DNA from: an uncultured Gammaproteobacteria bacterium
GTDB taxonomy: Bacteria > Patescibacteriota > Patescibacteriia > Patescibacteriales > UBA12465
Assembly: GCA_964351585.1 (NCBI GenBank)
Contig: CAYGOK010000006.1
Coordinates: 1-35,561 of the forward strand
Direction of reading: 5' to 3'
Length of the DNA: 35,561 nucleotides
Below are positions 25,801 through 33,855 of the stretch, in pieces (position 1 is the stretch's first letter; each line of letters starts with the position of its first letter). Under the pieces are notes generated by a model. It had not been told where the DNA came from. It was given only the letters and a program-made list of their open reading frames with translations, and searched no databases. The position numbers and the translations under genes are program-made.

Positions 25801-26820
25801 TTATATCATAAAACTATTTTCCTTGCGGGCAATCTCTTCTTTCTTCTCAATAAAACTAGAGCGATACTTATCTCGCTCAGAAAAGACGGCTTGCGCCCTT
25901 ATTAGCAAAACACCATCTTTTAGTTTGTCTAAATCTACTACTAGTTCCTTATGTCCAATAAATTCAGCGAAACCGTAATTACGGATATCGTAAGCGACGC
26001 TAATTTCTGGAGTTAAGGCACCAAATGACATCACGCCAACATGAAGCATCATGCCAATAACTAAATCCATTTGGGCGTAGACATACTTTTGTTGACTAGG
26101 CTCTAAATCAACTTTCAATAAATTATCAATTTTTAGTTCAGGATAAATATTGTTTTCTCCAGGATGATGTTGAAGGTAATAAATCTGTGCGCCATGTTCT
26201 TTAATAAAATAATCAGCCACTTCTTGATAGGCTTTCAAAATATCTTCGCGCCAATGACCAAAACCAAGCCAACCGGAATAGTTTAAATTTAAACCAATGC
26301 GAACGCCCTCACCTTTAAGCTTAAGGCTATCTAATAATTCTTCAGTTAAAACTTTTTCTGATAATAAGACAGCCGGATCACCTATAACTTGAATTTTTTC
26401 TAGTGGCAAACCATTTTCTCCTAAAAATCTCTGGGTATTAAAATCACGAACACCGACGCCAGTTGCCTTATGAGCTAAAGCTAAAACACTATCAACATTG
26501 ACTTGCGGCCAAAGTGGCGCATCTACTTCTTTAATATAGCCCAAGCCAAATAAATAAATTGGCTTCTCTATAGAATCAATAACTTGTAAATCAAAAGGTA
26601 AAAAATAAGAATAAAAAATTCCACCACCACCAATAAATATCCGGTCGCAATCATTAAGACTTTTTATAACCTCAACGTCATAAACCTTTAGCGTCTCAAC
26701 GGGAAAATCAATTATCTGACAATCAGAAAAATTTTTTCTTAAGAGCTCTTGCACGGCTAAAACAATAGCGTAGTCTCCTTTATTATTTTGATCCCAGACA
26801 TGGATATGGGCAATTTTCAT
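25801..26820 (-). CDS. Polysaccharide pyruvyl transferase family protein (WcaK/CsaB-like)
   Basis: 339 aa. The family-like pattern is 'WDQNNKGDYAI', 'IFIGGGGIF', 'LFGLGY', 'VGVRDFNTQRFL' and 'VIGDPAVLL'. It has not been HMM-verified. Confidence 0.65.
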   Translation of the reverse strand: MKIAHIHVWDQNNKGDYAIVLAVQELLRKNFSDCQIIDFPVETLKVYDVEVIKSLNDCDRIFIGGGGIFYSYFLPFDLQVIDSIEKPIYLFGLGYIKEVDAPLWPQVNVDSVLALAHKATGVGVRDFNTQRFLGENGLPLEKIQVIGDPAVLLSEKVLTEELLDSLKLKGEGVRIGLNLNYSGWLGFGHWREDILKAYQEVADYFIKEHGAQIYYLQHHPGENNIYPELKIDNLLKVDLEPSQQKYVYAQMDLVIGMMLHVGVMSFGALTPEISVAYDIRNYGFAEFIGHKELVVDLDKLKDGVLLIRAQAVFSERDKYRSSFIEKKEEIARKENSFMI

Positions 26821-26828
26821 CTTAATTA

Positions 26829-27848
26829 TTAGATTAATAAATCGTTCTTAACTCTATTTAGTAACTTTTCTCCGGTGACTGGATCGTTATCATATTTTAA
26901 AAACATAAAAATAGCAGTGCGCATCGTCGTCCAGTCATAATACAATTTTATACGTTCTTGAAGCTCAGGCGTCATTGTTAATCCGGCCGCAGATAAATAA
27001 GAAGATAAAAATAATTCTTTATACCTACCAGCTAGTGTTGGCTCATTGCTTTTAGAAACTAATTTATATTCGAGTTGCTGCAAGAAAGTTCCTAAATCAC
27101 GTGCAAAATCACCTAAACAAAAATCGGTAAAATCAATCAAGCCAACCCGACCCTCTCCTGTTTTAATTATATTTTCAGTGTGAGCGTCACCATGAATCAA
27201 TCTTAAATCCAGAGTTCGACTTAGATATTTTTCTTCTCTTTCAATTAAAGTTTGATAAATTGCGGATAAATCCTTATCAAAGCGACCTTCATAACGAAGC
27301 GACATTTCTCTTAAAATGACATCCATACCAGGAACAACGGTTTTAATACGAGAGTTAATCGGATTAAAATTAGCGGCAGTTCCGGCGGGTAGTTGGTGTA
27401 AGCGTACAAATAACTCAGCTGCTAGCGGTAAAATCTTTTCAACTTCAACAAAATCTTTAGCTTTAATATAGTAAAGTAAATTTTCACCCTCAATTCCCCG
27501 ATAAAAGGTCCCGCGAAAATATTCGGAATAAAAAAGCGGATGAGGAATATCAATGTGGCCGCGATTGAAACCATGATTCCAGAGATACTCCATAGCCTGA
27601 AAAACGTTATCGCGTGATTCCGTGCTGTGTGCTGAGCAAACTATCATTAGCTTCTTTGTTCCTTCTGGGCTAGTAAAATAAACATCATAACCAACAACGA
27701 CATGGTATGTAGTCTCCCAAACCATCTTCTTGTAAGGATTAACTTGTACTTTCTCAATTCCGGAAAACGTAGGGTAAAGGGGTAAAATGTTTTCCTTGAA
27801 AAGCTCTAAGACATAACTTTCATCAAATAGATGCAACGCCTTGTTCAT
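26829..27848 (-). CDS. APH/choline-kinase-fold phosphotransferase. From its gene context it may be a sugar or glucan kinase.
   Basis: The catalytic loop is 'LIHGDAHTENI' (HxDxxxxN) and the metal-binding motif is 'GLIDFTDF'. The ATG at 27848 ('MNKALHLF...') is preferred. The track start at 27890 is TTG and would overlap the GH57 stop by 19 nt. Confidence 0.65.
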   Translation of the reverse strand: MNKALHLFDESYVLELFKENILPLYPTFSGIEKVQVNPYKKMVWETTYHVVVGYDVYFTSPEGTKKLMIVCSAHSTESRDNVFQAMEYLWNHGFNRGHIDIPHPLFYSEYFRGTFYRGIEGENLLYYIKAKDFVEVEKILPLAAELFVRLHQLPAGTAANFNPINSRIKTVVPGMDVILREMSLRYEGRFDKDLSAIYQTLIEREEKYLSRTLDLRLIHGDAHTENIIKTGEGRVGLIDFTDFCLGDFARDLGTFLQQLEYKLVSKSNEPTLAGRYKELFLSSYLSAAGLTMTPELQERIKLYYDWTTMRTAIFMFLKYDNDPVTGEKLLNRVKNDLLI

Positions 27849-27871
27849 AATCTTTTTCTCTGGATATAGTC

Positions 27872-29056
27872 TCACGCAGCGTGGTGCCAATGTTTCCGCC
27901 AGTGCTCTTCCCAGACCAATTTTTTTATTTTTAAATAATAATTTTCTGCTTGTAATTTATATTTGCGCGATTTCGGATCATCTAAAGAACGAACCGCCCT
28001 AATCATATCTTCTAGGCCACGCTCGATGCCATCTGGACTCCAAGCATAGGGACCAAAACTCTTAGAAAAATCGCGCGCGCTTGCCCACCAAAAAGTACAA
28101 CTAGCAATGCCGCGCACCAGATGCCAGCGATACCAGCGATAGTTTTTATCGTGCGAAAATTTTTCACCCACCGCTATAGCTAAATTTGTTAACTTCCAAA
28201 GCTGGCTATGAATTTTATTCTTCTTATCTCGCCACAAACGAAATGATTGTCCCCTTAAAAGCTCTTGACGACTTGATTCCCAAGAAGAGGTTTCAGGTTT
28301 CACAGATATTAAACCTAATTTAGTGGTGGTGGTTAAAAATTGAGTAATAGTTTGCGTTGATAAATTTTTATATTTTACAACCTTCTCCAACTCCGCGCTT
28401 GGATCTTCGTGTCGCAAGCCATAAAGCTCGGCATCGGTCGCAGTAATAACGGGGCGACTGTGTCCAGTCTTTTCTTTAGATAGGGAAAAAATTAATTTAT
28501 CCGGTGGATAAGAATTAGAATAAGCGCGATTTCGAAAAATCACTAATAGTCCACTATTATCATCTAAATAAGCACGACGAAAATCTGGTCGACTCTCTCC
28601 GCCGTTAAAAGAAAACTCATCTAAAATAATCCAACGATATCCCAAACTCTTAACTATCTTAGCAACGGCTGGAGAATAAGCCATTTCCGGAAAAAAGAAT
28701 CCTTTTGGTCTACTCTTCAAACCCAAAAACTTATGCAGAATTTTTTCATTCTCCTTAATTTGGCGTATAACCTCTTTTTCTGGAAGTAGCGGCAAAAGAC
28801 CATGAAAAGCTGCTGAAGAAACTATTTCTAGACGCCCAGACTCAATAATTTTTTTCAAGCGCAATAAAAAATCTTGCTCACCTTCATCAACCAGGCGCTC
28901 CAAAAGACAACCAGTGATATTCCAGGTCATACTTAACTCCTGATTCTCTTCCATTAAACGAAGCAGGCGCAAATAGCTTTTGTCCAGCGCTTGCTTAACG
29001 CTAAAAGAATCGATATTTGCGGGCTGATAAAGATGGAGAAAGTTTATCCAAAGCAT
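27872..29056 (-). CDS. Glycoside hydrolase family 57 protein, minimal 394-aa form
   Basis: The GH57 regions are recognisable. They are I 'INFLHLYQP', II 'GRLEIVSSAAFHGLLPL', III 'FFFPEMAYS' (nucleophile Glu), IV 'TATDAELYG' (acid/base Asp) and V 'ASCTFWWA'. Confidence 0.8.
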   Translation of the reverse strand: MLWINFLHLYQPANIDSFSVKQALDKSYLRLLRLMEENQELSMTWNITGCLLERLVDEGEQDFLLRLKKIIESGRLEIVSSAAFHGLLPLLPEKEVIRQIKENEKILHKFLGLKSRPKGFFFPEMAYSPAVAKIVKSLGYRWIILDEFSFNGGESRPDFRRAYLDDNSGLLVIFRNRAYSNSYPPDKLIFSLSKEKTGHSRPVITATDAELYGLRHEDPSAELEKVVKYKNLSTQTITQFLTTTTKLGLISVKPETSSWESSRQELLRGQSFRLWRDKKNKIHSQLWKLTNLAIAVGEKFSHDKNYRWYRWHLVRGIASCTFWWASARDFSKSFGPYAWSPDGIERGLEDMIRAVRSLDDPKSRKYKLQAENYYLKIKKLVWEEHWRKHWHHAA

Positions 29057-29064
29057 AGTAAAGA

Positions 29065-30558
29065 TTATTTCTTAACTTTAGTTGTCTTGCGCTGACCGCC
29101 TTCTAAGGCTTCTTGGTAAAGCTCAACATATTTTTTAGCAGGAATTTCCCAGCTATTAGACTGTTTCATAACTCGACGAACTAAGCCCTGCCAAACACGC
29201 TTATGTTTATAATTTTCTAGGGCACGAATAACGGCAGCGTAAAACATGCTTGGATCTTCGGTTTTGAAAGTAAAACCATTTCCCTGGCGATCACCCGGAC
29301 TAAAATCTTCAACCGTGTCATAAAGACCGCCAATTTCTCTAACTATCGGGATGCAGCCATATCTCATAGCAATTAGCTGGTTAATGCCACAAGGTTCATG
29401 ATTGGATGGCAATAAGAAAAAATCACTGGCCGCGTAAAGCAAGGTTTCCATTTTCTGATCAAAAGGCAACCAAACAATTTTATCAGGAAAGCGGCGCTGT
29501 AATTTTTTAATCGGTTGTATATATTCTTTACTCCCGTCACCCATAAAAACCAATTGTACGCCTAAGCCCAAGATATCATCCATTACTTTAACTATTAAGT
29601 TAAAACCTTTTTGAAAAGTAACGCGTGAAGTTGTGCAAAGCATCGGCACTTGACTGTTTTCTGGCAAGCCAATTTTTTTCTGTAGAAACTTTTTATTAAT
29701 TGCTTTATAAACAGCGGGGTCATGTTCGTAAACCTTATGAAGAAGAGTGTCTTTTTCTGGATTATAAGTATTGTAGTCAATGCCATTAATAATGCCATGC
29801 AATTTTCGGGAACGATTTTTTAAAATCCGATGCAAATCCTGACCAAATTTTTTGGTCATGATTTCCTTACGATACTGCTCACTAACAGTATTGATCAAAT
29901 CGGCCGACAGGATTGCTCTTTTAGCAAAATTAATATATTCAATGGCCGGATCTTCAATGTGTGGCAAGCGACCACGTCCATAATCCTTTTTCTCCTGAGG
30001 AATCTCCCACCAATTATGACCGAATTGAAAAATTAAATTATGAATAGTAAAAATTGTTTTAGTCTTCTTTAGAGTTTTAGAATAACGAAAATCAGTTTTG
30101 AGATAGTACGGGACTAAACCTGATTGCCAATCATGGCAATGAATGATATCAACATGACGTTTTAATAAGGACATCAACTTTAAAGCAGCAACATTAAAAA
30201 CTAGAAAACGTGCATTTTCTCGCTCAGAACCATACAAGCTTTTATGCTTAGAGAAAAATTTCTTACATTCAACAAAATAAACCGGCAAATCTTCCATTAG
30301 ATAGCCTTGCCAAAAATTAACTTTAACTACTTCCTGGCTATTCAAACGTAAATTAACATCCTGAAAAATTAACTTTAAATTACGTTCCTTCTTGCTTATT
30401 ACCTTACCATAAAGTGGAGTGATAATTGAAACATCGTGTCCAAGACGACGCAAGGCTTTTGGTAGGCTACGCGCAACATCTCCAAGTCCGCCCGTTTTAG
30501 AAAATGGCGCAACTTCAGAAACAATATGAACGATTTTTAACTTTTTAGTCTTAGGCAT
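29065..30558 (-). CDS. glgA: Glycogen/starch synthase (GT5)
   Basis: 497 aa. Motifs are 'IVHIVSEVAPFSKTGGLGDVARSLPKAL' (KTGGL) and the C-terminal 'LLPSNHEPCGINQL'. Confidence 0.9.
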   Translation of the reverse strand: MPKTKKLKIVHIVSEVAPFSKTGGLGDVARSLPKALRRLGHDVSIITPLYGKVISKKERNLKLIFQDVNLRLNSQEVVKVNFWQGYLMEDLPVYFVECKKFFSKHKSLYGSERENARFLVFNVAALKLMSLLKRHVDIIHCHDWQSGLVPYYLKTDFRYSKTLKKTKTIFTIHNLIFQFGHNWWEIPQEKKDYGRGRLPHIEDPAIEYINFAKRAILSADLINTVSEQYRKEIMTKKFGQDLHRILKNRSRKLHGIINGIDYNTYNPEKDTLLHKVYEHDPAVYKAINKKFLQKKIGLPENSQVPMLCTTSRVTFQKGFNLIVKVMDDILGLGVQLVFMGDGSKEYIQPIKKLQRRFPDKIVWLPFDQKMETLLYAASDFFLLPSNHEPCGINQLIAMRYGCIPIVREIGGLYDTVEDFSPGDRQGNGFTFKTEDPSMFYAAVIRALENYKHKRVWQGLVRRVMKQSNSWEIPAKKYVELYQEALEGGQRKTTKVKK

Positions 30559-30568
30559 ATTTCATTTT

Positions 30569-31057
30569 TCATTTTTTCAAATATGAACACGAATTCAAAG
30601 CACAAATAGCAACTGCTAGAGCATCGGCCGCATCATCTGGTTGTGGCAACTTATCAAGTTTAAGAATCATTTTAACCATCTTTTGCACCTGGGCTTTACT
30701 CGCTTTTCCGTATGAAGACACTGCTTGCTTAACCTGAGAGGGTGTAAATTCAACAATTGGTAATTTATTGTTAGCAAGCGCTAGTAAAGCGACGCCGCGC
30801 GCCTGACCAACAATTAGCGCTGTTCTCACATTTTTATTGAAGAAAAGCTGTTCTACGGCAGTAAATTGGGGTTTATATTTTTTTATAATTTTATCCAACT
30901 CAGTATAGAGAGTAGTTAGACGATTAGGCAAGCTCTGTGTTGACAGGGTTTTAATAGTTCCGTAAACAAGGCAGGATATTTTTCCTGATTCTTCAGATAT
31001 AATCCCATAACCAGTGTCAGCAATACCAGGATCTATTCCTAAAACTATTTTAGGCAT
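30569..31057 (-). CDS. ruvC: Crossover junction endodeoxyribonuclease RuvC
   Basis: 162 aa. Motifs are 'VLGIDPGIADTGYGII', 'FTAVEQLFF' and 'PDDAADALAVAIC'. Confidence 0.9.
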   Translation of the reverse strand: MPKIVLGIDPGIADTGYGIISEESGKISCLVYGTIKTLSTQSLPNRLTTLYTELDKIIKKYKPQFTAVEQLFFNKNVRTALIVGQARGVALLALANNKLPIVEFTPSQVKQAVSSYGKASKAQVQKMVKMILKLDKLPQPDDAADALAVAICALNSCSYLKK

Positions 31058-31072
31058 CTTAATAAAATTAAT

Positions 31073-31792
31073 TTATAGCAGATTGGTGTAATAATCATTA
31101 ACATCTTCATTATCCTCAAGCTCTTCCATGAACTTATCTATCTTTGGTTGTTCAGCTTCAGGCAAAGAAGTCTTTTCCTTAGCAACGTATTCTATTTCTG
31201 CGTTTTCAATCTTTAGGCCCTTGCCTTCTAAGAATTCTTTAACGGTCTGCAAATCTTTAATGTCAGTGTAGACAATAATTCCTTCATCCTCTTTAGCAAA
31301 ATCTTCGATTCCCTTGTCAATTAATTCTAACTCCAATTCTTCGTTACTTAAATGTTTTGCCTTAATCTCATCCTGAGGAATACTAATAACTCCTAGCTGG
31401 CGAAAATTCCACATCACCGCCCCGAAGGCGCCGCCATTTTTAGTAAATAAATGACGAACAGTCGAGCCACTGCGGTTCTTATTTTCCGTCAAACACTTAA
31501 CAATAACCTGAACGCCGGGCGGCACAATACCTTCATAATATAATTCTTCAACTTGATCACCACCCAGCTCACCGGTTCCCTTTTTAATCGCGCGCTCAAT
31601 ATTATCTTTAGGCATGTTGGCTGACCGCGCTTTATCAACTGCCGCCCTCAAGGCTGGATTGTTTTCCGGGTCGCCACCCTTTTTAGCGGCGATAGATATG
31701 ACGTTAGCAAATTTTGTAAAAATTGCGCCACGCTTAGCATCAACGATAGCTTTTTGGCGGTGGGTCGTTGCCCATTTAGAGTGTCCGGACAT
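31073..31792 (-). CDS. yebC: YebC/PmpR family DNA-binding transcriptional regulator
   Basis: 239 aa. The diagnostic N-terminus is 'MSGHSKWATTHRQKAIVDAKRG'. The conserved yebC-ruvC adjacency is present. Confidence 0.9.
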   Translation of the reverse strand: MSGHSKWATTHRQKAIVDAKRGAIFTKFANVISIAAKKGGDPENNPALRAAVDKARSANMPKDNIERAIKKGTGELGGDQVEELYYEGIVPPGVQVIVKCLTENKNRSGSTVRHLFTKNGGAFGAVMWNFRQLGVISIPQDEIKAKHLSNEELELELIDKGIEDFAKEDEGIIVYTDIKDLQTVKEFLEGKGLKIENAEIEYVAKEKTSLPEAEQPKIDKFMEELEDNEDVNDYYTNLL

Positions 31793-31875
31793 AAGGATAT
31801 CAAAATTAGGTATAATTTAGATAAAGTTAAGAAGCCGGATGAAGCGATTTCCAGCTAACCCTAGCTTAACGTAAA

Positions 31876-31904
31876 TTGAAATAAAAATCAAGATGAATTA
31901 TAAT
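31876..31904 (+). promoter_or_regulatory. Near-consensus sigma70 promoter for the SIS-domain gene
   Basis: TTGAAA (31876-31881) is followed by a 17-nt spacer and TATAAT (31899-31904). It lies ~27 nt upstream of the ATG at 31932. Confidence 0.5.
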
Positions 31905-31931
31905 GAAAATATAATAAAATAAAGCAAAATT

Positions 31932-32849
31932 ATGAATACTAAGCACTTGCCAAATCTTGATGTTAGCTTAATGGCTGCCTTAGATTTTTTTAGCAAAAAT
32001 ATACCCAACCCGCTCAAATTAGAAAAAGGCTGCATGCCTTTCGTTATTGGCAGTGGCAATGCTTATAACACCGGCAAAATTATCTTTTCTAGTCGACCAG
32101 CTGTCTTCGCCAATGAAAGTAACTTCCACCAAAAATTAAAGACCTATAATAAATTAGTAAAGACCGGGGTAATTTCCAAGGCTTTGATAATTTCTGCTTC
32201 AGGAGAAAAAGATGCTACCTGGGAAGTTAAAGCCGCCAAAAAACAAGGGTTAAAAACTATTATCATGACTTGTAACAGTAGTTCAAGTGGGGCTAAAGAG
32301 GCTGACTTGGTAATGACATGCCGTAAATTACCAGAACCACAGACTTATAATATTTCCACCTACCTAGGCATGATTATCTCGGCCACAGGCGAGAAGGCAA
32401 AGGATATTAAAAGTTTTATAAAAAAAATTCGTCTCCCCAAGGGTTTCGCAAAATATACTGCCTACTCTTTTATCTTGCCCGATGAATATGCTGAGGTTGT
32501 GCCGATGTTAGATATTAAAAAGCATGAACTATTTGGTCCACACTTATCAATCCGCTCATTTACTTATGGTGACGCCCGTCATGCTAAGTTTGTGATGCCC
32601 TGGGAAAAAGAATTAGTTATTAGTTTTGGAGAAAATAAATATTTTGGTGAAGCAAAACACCGCTTGGAAATAAAAATGCCTAAAGAATACGACGCTGGAT
32701 TAATAATGGCTTTAGCTTATTATTTAATCGGCAAGATTCAAGAAGCAAAGCCTCCTTACTATAAAAAGTCTGTGGCCAGCTACTGTTTAAATGGGCCAAA
32801 AGCTTATGGCAAGAAAGAACCATTTGAAATTGTTGTTCCAGGGAATTAA
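31932..32849 (+). CDS. SIS-domain protein, a putative sugar-phosphate isomerase (possibly PGI/PMI-like)
   Basis: 305 aa. The SIS-like pattern is 'PFVIGSGNAYNTG' and 'ALIISASGEKDATWEVKAAKKQGLKTIIMTCNSSSSGAKEAD', followed by 'EPQTYNISTYLGMI'. The specific function is inference. Confidence 0.5.
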   Translation: MNTKHLPNLDVSLMAALDFFSKNIPNPLKLEKGCMPFVIGSGNAYNTGKIIFSSRPAVFANESNFHQKLKTYNKLVKTGVISKALIISASGEKDATWEVKAAKKQGLKTIIMTCNSSSSGAKEADLVMTCRKLPEPQTYNISTYLGMIISATGEKAKDIKSFIKKIRLPKGFAKYTAYSFILPDEYAEVVPMLDIKKHELFGPHLSIRSFTYGDARHAKFVMPWEKELVISFGENKYFGEAKHRLEIKMPKEYDAGLIMALAYYLIGKIQEAKPPYYKKSVASYCLNGPKAYGKKEPFEIVVPGN

Positions 32850-32873
32850 TTATCTCAGACAAAAAAATACTAT

Positions 32874-32906
32874 AAAAAAAGCTATCAAATAAAGATAGCT
32901 TTTTTG
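32874..32906. terminator. Bidirectional rho-independent terminator between the convergent SIS gene and gpmA
   Basis: The sequence is 'aaaaaaagctatc-aaataaa-gatagctttttt'. It has a 12-bp stem including A:T extension, and a T-run on both strands. Confidence 0.7.
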
Positions 32907-32917
32907 TAAATAAAAAT

Positions 32918-33676
32918 TTATTTCTTGCCTTGTTTTTTAACTTTATCAATCGCTGCCTCCAAAGTCTTTTGATCAGCCAAGTAATAATGTCTAATTGGTT
33001 TAAATTTTTTATCTAACTCATAAACCAAAGGGATGCCTGTAGGAATATTTACCTCAGAAATAGCAGTAGCGGAAATTTTATCAAGATACTTTATAATCGC
33101 GCGCAAACTATTGCCACTAGCAGAAACTATTATTTTTTTTCCAGCTTTAAGCTCGGGAATAATATTATTTTTCCAAAAAGGAACAGCGCGTTCGACAACG
33201 TCTTTCAGGCTTTCCGTTTCTGGCACAGGAATGCCAACATAAAGAGAGTCTCCTTTCTGATTAAAAGGATTCTTTTTATCAATTTTTGGAGGACGAACAC
33301 TATAACTACGACGCCAAATTAAAACTTGCTTCTCCCCAAATTTTTCTACCATTTCTTTTTTATTCAATCCTTGTAAATTACCATAATGTCTTTCATTAAG
33401 ACGCCAATCGTAAATAATTTGCGGTCTTTTGCCACCTAGTTCTTTCAGTGATATTTTTAAAGTATTAGTAGCTCTCTTTAAAAATGAAGTAAAAGCTAAA
33501 TCAAACTCAAAGCCCTTACTTTTTAATGCCTGACCTGCCTTAGCAGCTTCCCCCCTCCCTTTTGCAGTCAGGCCAACATCTGTCCAGCCGGTAAATAGAC
33601 CTTTTTTATTCCAAACACTTTCTCCATGTCTTAATAAGACAACACGATAATGACTTTCTACTTTTTTTATTTTCAT
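32918..33676 (-). CDS. gpmA: 2,3-bisphosphoglycerate-dependent phosphoglycerate mutase family protein, with the second catalytic His replaced by Ser
   Basis: 252 aa, collinear with dPGMs. Conserved motifs are 'VLLRHGESVWN', 'FLKRA', 'NERHYG', 'WRR' and 'NIPTGIPLVYELD'. However, 'VSASGNSLRA' stands where dPGMs have 'AAHGNSLRA'. Confidence 0.85.
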   Translation of the reverse strand: MKIKKVESHYRVVLLRHGESVWNKKGLFTGWTDVGLTAKGRGEAAKAGQALKSKGFEFDLAFTSFLKRATNTLKISLKELGGKRPQIIYDWRLNERHYGNLQGLNKKEMVEKFGEKQVLIWRRSYSVRPPKIDKKNPFNQKGDSLYVGIPVPETESLKDVVERAVPFWKNNIIPELKAGKKIIVSASGNSLRAIIKYLDKISATAISEVNIPTGIPLVYELDKKFKPIRHYYLADQKTLEAAIDKVKKQGKK

Positions 33677-33702
33677 ATTAGATTACTGCAAATTATTTTT
33701 TT

Positions 33703-33711
33703 ATTATACCA
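33703..33711 (-). promoter_or_regulatory. Candidate extended -10 element (TGgTATAAT) for gpmA
   Basis: On the minus strand 'tggtataat' lies ~27 nt upstream of the ATG at 33676. The -35 is weak. This is a motif match only. Confidence 0.4.
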
Positions 33712-33855
33712 TAAATTGACTATAAAAGTTTAAAAATGATAGCATATAGTTAGCTTATATTATTATATATAAAAAACGCTAAGACTAGCCAATTTAAGAA
33801 AATAGCCGTTGAAAGCGGCTTATTCGCTATCAAGGGACTCAAACTCTTCGGTCAC

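Noticed and set aside
27849-27890. Apparent 19-nt overlap between the kinase ORF and the GH57 stop
   Set aside because: The extended start at 27890 is TTG and adds an odd 'MAPRCVRLYPEKKI' leader. The ATG at 27848 ('MNKALHLF') gives a normal 23-nt gap, so I do not treat the overlap as real.
31893-31922. Tiny upstream ORFs (MNYNENIIK* at 31893-31922 and MKRFPANPSLT* at 31847-31882) before the SIS gene
   Set aside because: At 9-11 codons in very AT-rich intergenic DNA they are expected by chance. One overlaps the predicted promoter.
32680-32949. 89-aa minus-strand ORF across the SIS gene 3' end, the terminator and the gpmA 3' end
   Set aside because: It would have to be translated through a strong bidirectional terminator hairpin, and it overlaps two convergent genes.
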